Below are positions 1 to 12,115 of a DNA stretch of 64,000 nt, in pieces. The stretch's first letter is position 1. Each line of letters begins with the position of its first letter. This stretch comes from Eledone cirrhosa. Lineage: Eukaryota. A program made the position numbers and the translations under genes. Where the stretch lies: contig OZ024756.1 of the NCBI GenBank assembly GCA_964016885.1, positions 19,716,001-19,780,000 of the forward strand. The letters are read 5' to 3'. The notes below the pieces were generated by a model, which saw nothing but the letters and a program-made list of their open reading frames with translations, ran no database searches and was not told the origin of the DNA.

Positions 1-531
1 AGCAAGATGGTTGGATAACATCCATGAGCTTTACAAAAATCTCTCTAGTGTTGGTGATAGGAAGGGCATCCATCCATAGAAAGCCCAGCAAACAAAGGGT
101 TGTGTCAAGGACATGACAGCCTCCCTAGGGTTGGTAATCTACACAATAAAAGTATCCAGTAAAAAACCGTAAATATTGGATGTGGTTCATAAAAATGCCT
201 ATAACCGTCAAATCATAATGTAAAATATAGGCTGGCAAATACGGTATATTGTTATTAATAATTTAGCATTAAAAAGAGTGAAAAAATATATATTGCCATG
301 AAAAACGCCATTAAAATATCGCAGAAGATATTTTAACGAATATGTGGTGGTTTTCACGAACAATTATTAGTTAGGTTCTAAGGAAAATTCCGTGAATAAC
401 CGGGACTGCGAATATGTTGGGGTATACTCTATATGGTAAATGACACTTGCTTAAGATGCCATACAGTGATATCAAACCCAGGCCCTAATTTCTAAACCAT
501 TTTAGCCCTGCTGACATATCAGTAAACTTAC

Positions 532-624
532 CTTGCTGTGTTTGAGATTGTTCTGTTACATTTTGAGATTCTAATAAAGATTGAACTGCTAGAGCTGTTT
601 GATTCTCCGCAGCACTGGGGCCAC
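532..624 (-). CDS. ZNF341: ZNF341-like coding exon 2 (GGPSAAENQTALAVQSLLESQNVTEQSQTQQ); gene continues left of the window
   Basis: tttacag| acceptor, |gtaagt donor, 93 nt, phase 1 to 1, open frame, NQTxLAVQSLL motif. Confidence 0.85.
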
Positions 625-671
625 CTGTAAATAAATATACATTAAAATATGGTCAGGGTGAGGATATATAC

Positions 672-1449
672 CAGAGGTTCTCAAAGTGGGCGCTACCACC
701 CCCTGGAGGAGGGGGGGGGCGTTGAGAAGATCCAGGGGGCGCTAGGGCCTTAGGGGGTGGTAGAGACGATAAAATAGTATATTAATTATCAAATGATACA
801 TACTATATATAAATAAAGCGGTGGATTGTCAGTATCAGTTAAGGGTTGGACACCATGCTTTGTAGCATAAAGTTATGGCTCTTTGCAGTTTAAGTTCAAA
901 TCCTGCTGAGGTTAACTTTGCATTTCATCCTTAAAATAAAGTACCAGTAATGCACTGTGGCAATTGCTGGCCTTGCGCCCCAAAAAGAAACAATTATATA
1001 TAAATATAGTAAAAAAAAAAATATATATAATATTTATTTAGACACAGTTTATATTATATTGGCGTCCGACCCTTTACCGATACTGCCAATCCACCGCCCC
1101 TAAATTTATATATAATAAATAATTGTTTTTACTTTAGGCACAAGGCCAGCAATTAACCAGTGCATTACTGGTACTTTATTTTATTGACCCCGTAAGGATG
1201 AGAGGTTGACTTTGCCTTTCATCCTTACGGGGTCGATAAAATAAAGTGCCAGTAATGTACTGGGTAATTGCTGGCCTTGTGCCAATAGTAGAAACAATTA
1301 TTTATTATATATAAATTAATGATTTTATTTATTATATATTATTTACAATTTGCGTGTAGGCAGGTCTCTTTGGAAATAGGGGTGGGGACGCTGAGGGTAT
1401 TACGTGGGTGTGAGGTGGGGCAGTGGCCCCAAAAGTTTGAGAACCTCTG
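672..1449. mobile_element. Non-autonomous hAT transposon with nested SINEs
   Basis: 14-bp TIR CAGAGGTTCTCAAA/TTTGAGAACCTCTG and a perfect 8-bp TSD ATATATAC. Confidence 0.9.
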
Positions 1450-4400
1450 ATATATACGAAGGTTGGCTGAGAAGTACATAGGCTGACCAAGATACTCTCA
1501 TGGAATGACCAAATGAAGTTTATTTTTCAAAATAGTCGTTGGTAAGAAACAATGCAGTTATTAATAAGAAAAGTTGAAATTAATGCATGCAAAATTTCAC
1601 AGCTCTAGCATCAGTCCTTCATAGGCTGACCAAGATACTCATGGAATGACCAAATAGAGTTTATTTTTCAACATAGTCCTTGGAAAGAAACAAGGCAGTT
1701 ATTAATAAGAAAAGTTTTAATTAATGCATGCAAGATTTCACAGCTCTAGCATCACTCCTTCATAGCCAGCCAACTCTTATAATCTACATATGATGGATTC
1801 TCCATTAGTTTCAATCACCAACATTCTGTTGTTTAATCCTATGACCCTCCTATTCTTAGCCATATGGCCTAATGGTTAGGATGCTTGACGTATGATCATA
1901 ATATTATCGGTTCAATTCCTTTTATTTCACATTGCTCCAGTAAACTCAGCTGAAAGTGAGTACCAGCAGTAGCCAGGGAGTTAATCCTGCGATTGATCGT
2001 CATCCTATCCTGGAAGTACTCTGAGCCGCTTAATGCCACCACCACCACCACTCGTCGACTACTGTCGAGATGATGGATCTCACTCTCATGCCCCAGAATC
2101 CCCTGTCCCCCATCGCTGCCCCCAGGTCCTGTCTGCTGATTCCCGTATCCCTAGAGATAACGTCAGGGAATGACAGCTTCCTACTCCTAGTCAGGCTGGA
2201 GTCAGGGTTCCAGAGCAAGAGAGCGGATATGATTTTATTGCTGGCACGGTGACAGTGGCCAGCAAATTGAGCTCTCCGGGATTTTAGAAGGGCAGAGGCT
2301 CGAGGGAGTTTGCCATAGATTTTAGACAAGGAACCGGAGTTAAGCATTGGCCTGATAAGCTTTCAGCTTAGAACAGAATTTAACCCTTTTGTGACCATAT
2401 TTTTAATGAAATATACGCAATTATAGGATTTACTAAAATTTACTAAATGTATCAGGTTTAGAATAGGTACACTGTATCCTTGTGTGTCATAAGAATTAAT
2501 TAATAGGGTTGGTGTCAGGAATATTATCTGGCCGTAAAATATTGCTGCTAAAGGTCCCGTCCAACCCATGTCAACACAGAAAGGTTGATGTAAAAATGAT
2601 GATGATGATAGTATCAACCTTCAGCACGCTCTAGACGCATTATGTTGCCAATAGAGTAATCTCCCCTTAATACATAATACAGTGTCAAGGGAATCAATTC
2701 ATAAACATTTCTAGCATGCTAAAGGTTAATACACTGTATCCCTGAGTGTCATAAGAATTAATTGAAAGGGTTGGTGTCAGGAATGACATCCGGCTGTAAA
2801 AACATTGCCTCATAAAGTCCTGTCCAACCCATGCCAGCATGGAAAAGTTGACGTAAAAATGATGATGATGATGATTTTATTACTAAGATAGTAACTTAAC
2901 ACATGACTTTTATATAAAAATTATGTTGGAAGGTTTTAATATAAATTGTATGTTTGGTCCCATAACTCCTGATAGAGTCGTAGGAGCATCATATTGACAT
3001 ACAGCATTTCTTGGGCATTTTTAAGCCTGGTGGAGCCCATCCATCTTCAAGCCTGAGTACAGAAGATTTCTTCCAGAAAAAGATAGAAAGTGAGAGAGGA
3101 ATTGAGAAAGAGATATAGAGGAAGAATTGACCCCAGTATTAGACTGCTACTTTCTTATTGACCTCGAAAAGATGAACGGCAAAATTGACTTCGGTGGGAT
3201 TTGCACTGAGCGAGTAGCGAGCTGGAACGAATACCATAAAGCATTATATCAGACGTTCTAACAACTCTGCTAATTTGCCTTAATATAAATTAGGAATCTT
3301 TTAAAATGGATGACTTTCGTTTTCTAAAACCAGAGTCAGTTTTGGGTGGGTTGATATCAAAAGGATTAAATTAATGTATGATTAGCTGAGTATTCGTCAC
3401 ATACAAGTATCATTAACTCTTTATGTCCTGTACCACATGAAACCACATTAGCAAGACATTGTTGAAAAATACAAAACAGCACTATGACTACATTGCATTA
3501 ACCCTTTAGCATTTAAACCGATTGTATCCAGTCAGAATTCTCTCACCTCTTTCTGTTCAAACCGGCCGTAATCAGCCATTCATACTGATATTAAGGTATT
3601 GTTTTCAAAATAAATAATATCAAAATCTTATAGATTCGATATTATGTGAGATAATTATGTAAGATAAAGCCCTTACTACAAAAATACAATAGTATATTTA
3701 GAGTAATGTAAATGCTAAAGAGTTAACAGTTAAAGTTTCTACTCTAATACTACAAAATTTCACAATGATCTGCTCATTAACAAAGACACTACTATAAACA
3801 TCTGAAGTAATAAAGCTGTTTTTAGATATTTTCTGCTGTTAAGACCTAATATAATTCTAAGACAAAATCAAGAATCATTGTCATAAATATGTGACAAGAC
3901 TGGACCTTTGGATTACATCCAATGCGTTCCATTTACAAAATTCTCTCTAGTGTTGGTGATAGGAAGGGCATCCAGTCATAGAAAGCCCATCAAACAAAGG
4001 GTTGGGACGACCCTTTAGTTGTGTCAAGGACATGACAGCCTCCCTAGGGCTGGTAATCTACACAATAAAAGTACCCAGGACACACTGTAAAGTGGTTGGG
4101 GTAAGGCAGGGCATCCAGCCATAGAAAGCTTGCCAAACAAGGGGTTAGGAAGACCCTTTAGTTGTGTCAAGGACATGACAGCCTCCCTAGGGCTGGTAAT
4201 CTACACAACAAAAGTACCCAGTACATGCTGTAAAGTAGTTGGGGTTAGGAAGGGCATCCAGCCATAGAAAGCTTGCCAAACAAGGGGTTAGGAGAGCCCT
4301 TCAGTTTGTGTCAAAAGACATAACAACTTCTCCTCTGCACTTGATATGTCTATATGTAAGCAGGATACAGACCCCTCAGCCTGTCTGGGAGGTCAGTAGG

Positions 4401-6775
4401 CCTGCTTCAGTACTAACTTGATGTATGATGATGATGATGATTGCGACAAATACGTGACAAGACTGGACATTTGGATTACATCCAATGGTTTCCATCTACA
4501 CATTTTCAATCAGTCTATGGCAAAAGACACTTGCCTAAGATGTCCTTCCTATTACCAACCCCTTTAAAGAGTGTACTGGGTGTGTTTATCATGTCACCTA
4601 CACTAGAGAGCTCAAGGGGGCTCTACAGTTAAGTAAATGACTGACAACCTCCTCATGTTGGTGCCATGAAAAATGCTACCAGTACACCCTGTAAGGTGGT
4701 TGGTGATAGGAAGGGCATCTAGCTGTGGAAAAAAAACATGCCAAACAGTGTCAAGAAGTCTCTTCAGTTACACGAAGGGCATGACAACCTCCCTTAGTGT
4801 TGGTGACATGAGGAGGATGAGGATAATGATGATGATGATAAGCAGTGAATCAGTAGAGTCGTTAGAGCATCAGATAGAATGCTTTGTGGTATTTGTTCCA
4901 CCTCTCTACACTCTGAGTTCAAAACCAGCTGAGGTTAAACTTTGCATTTTTGCCTTTAGAGGTTGATGAAAAAAGTACCATTCTAGTCTGGGGTCGATTC
5001 TTCCTGTATATTTCCTTCTCATGTCCTCTGTATCACGCTCTCCTTCTCTGTAATAAATCAGCTATGCCCATACCCGGAGAGGAAATGGTCTCTGCCAGAT
5101 TTAAAATGCTCAAGACATGCTGTATATCTCACTATAGCGACCCTAGGACTTCGTCAGATGTTATATGTCCATACATAAATGTATTCTTATATGTGATTTG
5201 TGTGCTGAGGCAGAAAGAGTTATACGTGTGTCCAAAATCTCGCTCAGATTGGAACATTGCCGTGCACAAACTTAGCAGTGTATATATAAAAATAGTTCTA
5301 ATGTTTCTGAAATGACAGGCAATAGTTGTGTATGTATATGTATGTTGGTGGTAGACGACAGTGAGTGTATACCCATGTATAATTGTGTATGTGTGTGTGT
5401 GTGTATGCGGATGGGATGGGTTGGTAGGGGGAAGTAAATAGTAGGGAAGGTAATTGGCTGTAGTTACATGAATTCCAATGAATGAATATTATGATTCAAT
5501 GGCCTACACATTCTTCAGTCACGAAGTTAATGTTATGAATTGAAATATTTGCTAATAACAACTCTTGAAGAAAAACAACAAACCAAAACCCCGCAAAAAG
5601 CGCTATAACGAATCAACTCTAAACGGGGTACCTCTAAACGGACTATCTCTGTATTTAGATTTTACACAGAAATATACAGATTTTTTCGTTGAATTAAAGA
5701 GAATAAGCAATATAGGGCTAAAAAGTGCCAAGTGGTAAATTAATTAGCGAAAAATTCCATTTTCTTCTTTCAATATATAAACTGAAATATATGTCTGAAG
5801 AAAAATATCTTATAATTGAAAATTCACTTGAAAGTGAAATTAAATAGCGAAACTAGATGTCTGTACCAAAATAAAGCTTTGTAAAATATAATGTGCGTAT
5901 GGACAAGCCCGTTGCCATTGACATATCAATATAGCAGTCTCAAATCTTCCAAAACATTATTGTTGTTTTTGCTTTAAAGAAATTATAAGAACCACTCTAT
6001 TTAATATTTTAATAACAATAGTTATGTCGATTCTGCTAGTGTATATTGGAATCGGGGTGCGATCGTAGCTTCCAAGAATTGATATTTCCAGTAGAACTTA
6101 AAATATATTTATATACAAGTGTCCGGTGTTTAGAAATGTACACATTGTTAATAACATCGATCAGATTCCAATGCAAATATATTATATAAAATTAAGCGTT
6201 AATAATGTCTAGATATTTATATATATGGAAATTTCACAGACAGTTTATTATTATGCTGATTTTCTTAGTCGGAATATATAAAGGAAATCGGAGGTAAAAT
6301 ATAGAATGCCGTCTAAAAATAAGAAAGGCAGGAGAAATAGCGAAGTGTAATGTATGTATTGAAAACACTTTAATGTAGCCGCCCTTGCTTGCATCCTACT
6401 ACTTTGTTTTGTGCCGTTCCAACAGCCATGATGACGCCCAGATATACCACACATCAATTAACAAAAATCAATGCTTAATGCACGATCGGAGTGGAATAAT
6501 TTCGAAAAAAATAATTTAGCAAAAGATTTAAGTTGGCTGTATTAAAATAAATTTAGCTTGTACGGCTGTTTAAAGCCATCAAAATATTAGTAAAATAGTC
6601 GGTGTGGAACGGATAGAAAATTCAACATGGCGACACCCTCCTACGTGAAGAGGGTAATAAAAAACAAATTTGTCGGTAATAATTGCAGTTAAAACAAATT
6701 AAAGAGAGCGGAAATCTTAAATAAAATTCCTAACACAATTCTCTGAGATAGTAAATACGATTTTGAAGGAGTTAC

Positions 6776-6806
6776 CTGAAAGTGCTTCAAACAAAGCCTG
6801 CGCCAT
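6776..6806 (-). CDS. ZNF341: ZNF341-like zinc finger protein, coding exon 1 (MAQALFEALS|G)
   Basis: Minus-strand ATG GCG CAG GCT TTG TTT GAA GCA CTT TCA G|gtaac. It splices in phase 1 to the exon at 532-624. The joined peptide MAQALFEALSGGPSAAENQTALAVQSLLESQ matches the recalled vertebrate ZNF341 N-terminus [27 protein letters not shown]. Confidence 0.85.
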
Positions 6807-7799
6807 TACCGAGGTGGTGGTGGCTGTTCGCAATAATGTATGGTGGTAGATACTTTTTCTAAATGTGGGTCAAACGGAAGACAACTCGTTCATCACAAAC
6901 TTCATATATTTAACAGTAATAAAAATATATTGAACAGATTTCATAAAAAGTAAATTTAATTTAACGTATAAAAAAAAAAATCTTTATGGTATATTAAAGC
7001 AGCTTTATTCATCCAACATAATTAAACAATGAACTGGTTAGGAACATACCTTAATTATTCTTAGTTTAATGGAAAAATAATTTCTCTCCTTGATAAATTA
7101 AGCTCTTTCATAAGATATTTTCTTAATTTAGAAATGATTGCACATACATTGAAACAAAATTTATAGAAATAAAAGAAAAGAATGTTTAATCTAAAAGTAC
7201 ATTCTATTCCACATTCCTTTATGTAGTTATGGAGAAATAACTATTAATTGATAAAGCCATCAGTTCTCCTGGGTAGTCTGGGGATTTGTCAATAGCAATT
7301 TAAATAGTTGTATAAAATATTAACTTAGGGTTGTTTCAGAATATTTTTCAACAAGATTTAAAAAAATATATATTTTGGCTAATCAATAACTAACTGTCTT
7401 TATCCAATTTTGCACATTATTAATTAGCAAATCCAGGAAAGAAAAAAAGTGCCCAGTCCACACTGTAAATTGGTTATGTAGGTATCATGACAAAAAGCTC
7501 CCAGTCTAACCTGTAAAGTGGTTGTGTAGATGTTATGACAAAAAGCGCCCAGTCCACCCTGTAAAGTGGTCATGAAGGTCTCATGACTAAAAACACCTTG
7601 TAAAGTGGTTGTGTAGATGTCATGACAAAAAGCGCCCAGTACACACTGTAAATGTGGTTGGTGTTAGGAAGGGCATCCAGCAATAGAAACAAAGCCAAAA
7701 TCACTTCTGTATGACATGACACGGTCATCTAATCTGGCTTGTCTCACAGCAGGACAACACGTCTAACCCATGCTGACATGGAAAAATGGATGTTAAAGA

Positions 7800-9430
7800 G
7801 TGATGATGATGATATCATCAACATTTTACATCCAATTTTTTCCATGGGTTAGATGGGTCTTCTCCAACACAGCCTGCTCCCACATATTCCATTGACATCT
7901 CTTCTGTGATGTTCAGTATTTTGAGATGAGCTCTCACCACTTCTGCTCAGGTCTTCCCCCACTTCCACTGGAATCTCATGGTATTTCTTTACCCATCGAT
8001 CATCATCCATATGTATCATAGGTTCATACCAGTGCAGACTTCTATCTTGCTCACTTATCTGATCCCTCTTATATCTAGTTTTTCTCTCAACTCACCCATG
8101 CTTCATTATACATACATATTAACACTGTAGTGTGTGGGAGAGAAGACTGCACTGGTATGGACATGTGATGTGATGGAAGATGACCACTGGGTAAAGAAGT
8201 GCCAAGAAATCCCAGTGGAAGGAAGACGCAGTAGAGGAAGGTCATGAAAATCATGGGCGGAGGTGGTGAGAGCTGACCTCAGATATCTGAAGCTCACAGA
8301 GGAGATGACAAAGGACCGTGACGAATGGAGAGATGCTGTGCTGAAAAGGACCTGTCCCACCCTTGCAAGCAGGGAAAAGTGGACGTAAAATGATGATGAT
8401 GATCCATCAGAGCATGCTTGGTTCATTTCTCTCCAGTCTTTGCATATCCTTTGCAATCACTGCCGATGTCTCACTACCATACAACATTGCCATTTGTAAT
8501 CAGGCCTCATACAATCTACTATTTGTTTAAAGTGAGGTGGTTACCCCTAAACTTTTTCCATCCTGTTCTTATTCCAGCTATTGTGCTTTCAAACAACCTC
8601 CTTCACTGTTAATTAGGTCACCCAGGTAACAGAAGCTATTAGTCACTTCTATGGATGCCCTCCCACATCCTAGCAAACTATGTGCAACTGGATGCTTGCT
8701 TTCTTATTTTTCTCTTGTCATTACCTCACCAACTGGGCTAATGACACAAGGCATGTCCAATTGGCATAATGAAGTAGCATCGCTGACATGTTAAAACACA
8801 CCCAGTCCACTCTGTAAGGCGGTAGTGCTGGTGTCATGAAAAATGCACCCAGTCCACACTGTAAGGTGGTTGTACTCGTAAAAAGTTTATTTCACTGATT
8901 CTCTTACTACCAATTATCCCTATGTCACCTGTCACATAATGTAGTCAATCTTTTCTGTTAATCTACCTGAGATCCCACCAGACCTCTTACATATCTATAT
9001 GCATTGAGTACCATCTAGAATTCCTATCTAATCCTTTTCTATATATCGATCATGGTCATTTTCCATTTGGTAACTAGGAAGGTCTAACCTTCTTTTCTGA
9101 GCTCTTTAAGTTCTAGGTTCTGTTTCCATAATTGGAATTTCTTCTCTAGATCTTCCATAGATTTGGGTATAAGGACCAGGTCACCAGCATACAGAAGTTC
9201 CCATGGTCAGCCAGTCATAAATTCCTCTATTGTAGGTTGGTGAGCTATAACAACAGGGATAGGTTGAGGACAGAGCCTTGATGAGCACTTACCAGCACAT
9301 TGAATTCTTCCCTATACTCATTACCTCCATTCACCTTGCTCACAGTTCCTCTGTACATGGCTTGCACTGCTCCCACAAGCCACTCATCTACACCTAATTT
9401 TTTTTTAAGGACCACTATAGGACCACTCTG
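7800..9430. mobile_element. Cluster of RTE-clade LINE fragments in both orientations
   Basis: Plus-strand 3' end at 8130-8403. Minus-strand RT pieces (HQGSVLN, ELLYAGDL) at about 9000-9430. Confidence 0.7.
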
Positions 9431-11989
9431 TAAAAGGTATTTTCTGAATCTATGAAAGCTGAGTATATGGATTTTTTTAAAGGCGCGTGGCTTAGTGGTT
9501 AGAGAGTTGGATTCACAATTGTGAGGTTGTGAGTTCAATTCTTGGAACAGGTGATGTGTTGTGTCCTTGAGCAAGACACTTTATTTCACATTGCCCCTTC
9601 TACCAAGAGTTGTGACTGGTACATAGAATTAGCAATAGAAAGATTGTTTCTTTGGTCTGATTTGATGCAGTCCACCCCACTCAGAAAGCAAATGAGGTCT
9701 GGGATCTTGTCAATCGAAGCAAGTGATATGGATTTACATTTAGCTAGCAACTTCTCTTGTTGTTATCTCAGCAACTATCCAGCAGTTTTCCAGCAACTAT
9801 CCAGCAGTTTTTTTTACCTCTTTTTATATCCTATATTCCTGATGTCTTCTTCAACCAATAATGAGGAAAGCAAGGGTTTAGGCAGAATTTATAACATTTT
9901 AATTAGTCTTACACACGTTTCTACAAATGAAATATAGATAAAGATAGGTGTAGTTAAATATTCACATTTAAGTAAGATTCCAGTACATAGAAGTAATCTC
10001 ATATACTAATTAAAACAAAAGAAAATTTTTCTTACACTTATTAATTTTTCAAACCTGGCAGAGCTCAACCCTATTCAGATCTGAACATAGCCGATTTCTT
10101 CCAGAGAAGGAAAGTAATAGTGAAGAAGTGAGAAAGAGAGGAAGAATCGATCCGAGTACTAGACTCATACTTTTTTTTTATCGACCTCAAAAGGCTGAGA
10201 AGCAAAGTAAACCTTGGCAGGATTCTATCCGATGTTCTAACGACTCTGCCAATTCGCCACTTGTCTTACAGAATGGTATGATATGGTCCCATACCTCCTG
10301 ATGGAGTTGTAGTGGTGCCATATTGGCATACGGTGTTTCTTGGGCATTTTAAGCCTGGCGGAGCTCAACCCACTCCAAGTCCGAATACAGCAAATTTCTT
10401 CCAGAGAAGGATAGAAAGTGGGAGTAAATGAGAAAGAGATATAGTGAAAGCATCGACCCAGTACTAGACTGGTACTTTTTTATTGACCCCGAAAAGACTA
10501 AAGGCAAAGATGACCTCGAAGGGGTTTCAACTCAGAGAGCAGAGAGCCGGATCAAATGCCACAAAGCATTCTATTCAACGTTTTAACGTCTCTACTAATT
10601 CACCACTTGTCTTAGTAAATACTGGTGTAAAAATCAGTGACGGTGTCTCCTGCAAGGGAGATAACTCAGGGTAAATGCGGCCATTCGCTAAAATGGGTAC
10701 CAGATTAAAACCGAGTTGATACTTTAACACAAAATAAAAATGCGTTTCTTAATCTGAATCCAACGTAAACATTACCGGGATGTCGAAACGTGTGTTTGAA
10801 GATATTAGAAGAAAAAATTAACAACAATATAGAATACGTGACCATAACTATATTTGAACCTTCACCTGTCACCTGTCAGCGGTGGTAAAATTACAGCTCA
10901 CAAACCACATATAGGTCTCAAAGCTACTGTGTGTGGCCCCAGATATAAATATTGATTTCAAATTCAGGCACAAGGCCAGCAATTTTGGAGGGAAAGGAAA
11001 ATCAATTAAATCGTCTCCAGCATTTTATTCTAGAGATGTAGGGGCAACAACTCAGAAAACAACAGTGTGAATTAACGATTAATCTTCTATTTTGTGTGAA
11101 AACGTGTGGCTTAATGGTTAGAATTACTCTTAATTACACACAGTGAGATCAAGCCTGGGACTTAATGACTGCAAAGTGATTTTCTTAACGATCAAATAAA
11201 GTACCAATAAAGTGCTGGGGGTTGATTTCCCTTCCCTTCAAATTGGAAGCTTTGTACCCAAGACAGCAGTGTAGAATCAGCCACTCCGCTTCTTACCGAG
11301 TTAAGACAATTTGAAATCTTTTCCATCATCAATTGTTAAAAAAACAAAACAAGTCAAAATCATTTAGTCGTCCATTCGTAACGTACGTTACAATTTAGTT
11401 ACATCTACACGTAAATACATAATCAGATACAGACAACAGAAAGAAGGGGCTGGTGAAACGCTATAGCGGTGTGTGTTGCGTTCCTCTAGGGTTCACCGGC
11501 TACATAGCCTATTCGTAATAATTGTTTCTACTTTAGGCACAAGGCCAGCAATTACTCAGTGCATTACTGCTACTTTATTTTATCGACCCCATAAGGATGA
11601 AAAGCAAAGTCAACCTCGGCGGGATTTGAACTCAGACCGTAAAGGGACGTAACTATGCTGGAAAGCATGGCATCCGACCCTCTACCGATACTGCCAAATC
11701 CACATTCGTAATAATTGTTTCTACTTTTGGCACAAGGCCAGCAATTATCCCAGTGCATTACTGGTACTTTATTTTATCGACCCCGTAAGGATGAAAGGCA
11801 AAGTTAACCTCGGCGGGATTTGAACTCAGATTATAAAGGGCCGTAACTCTATGCTGCAAAGCATGGCGTCCGACCCTCTACCGATTCTGCCAATCTACCG
11901 CCCTTAGCCTATTCGTAATAATAATAAACGTCGGTCCAAATTTGCCCATTCTCCTCCACCCTTCCACGTTGTTCCTCTCTGTAGTCTAT

Positions 11990-12115
11990 AAGCCGGTTAC
12001 GGTCACTTCCTGTTGTCACCACTTCCGGTTACAACCTATGTTTGTTAGAAGCCGTCTTTCTCCACTAGAAGCGTCTTCAATGATTCGCTGGAGGCGGCGA
12101 CACACACTAAATAAG
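11990..12115. promoter_or_regulatory. Candidate housekeeping promoter/enhancer (tandem ETS-type sites)
   Basis: CACTTCCTG and CACTTCCGG 16 nt apart, in a locally CpG-richer non-repeat patch between the divergent ZNF341 and CLPTM1L genes. Confidence 0.35.

Noticed and set aside
2030-2347. 105-aa minus-strand ORF
   Set aside because: No recognisable domain. It probably belongs to a decayed LINE fragment within ZNF341 intron 1.
5470-5525. Minus-strand gtga-CTGAAGA-atg/cat-tGAAT hammerhead-like motif
   Set aside because: GAAA box and stem III are not intact. Similar weak cases at about 10745-10802, 13060-13115 and 52553-52600 were also not counted.
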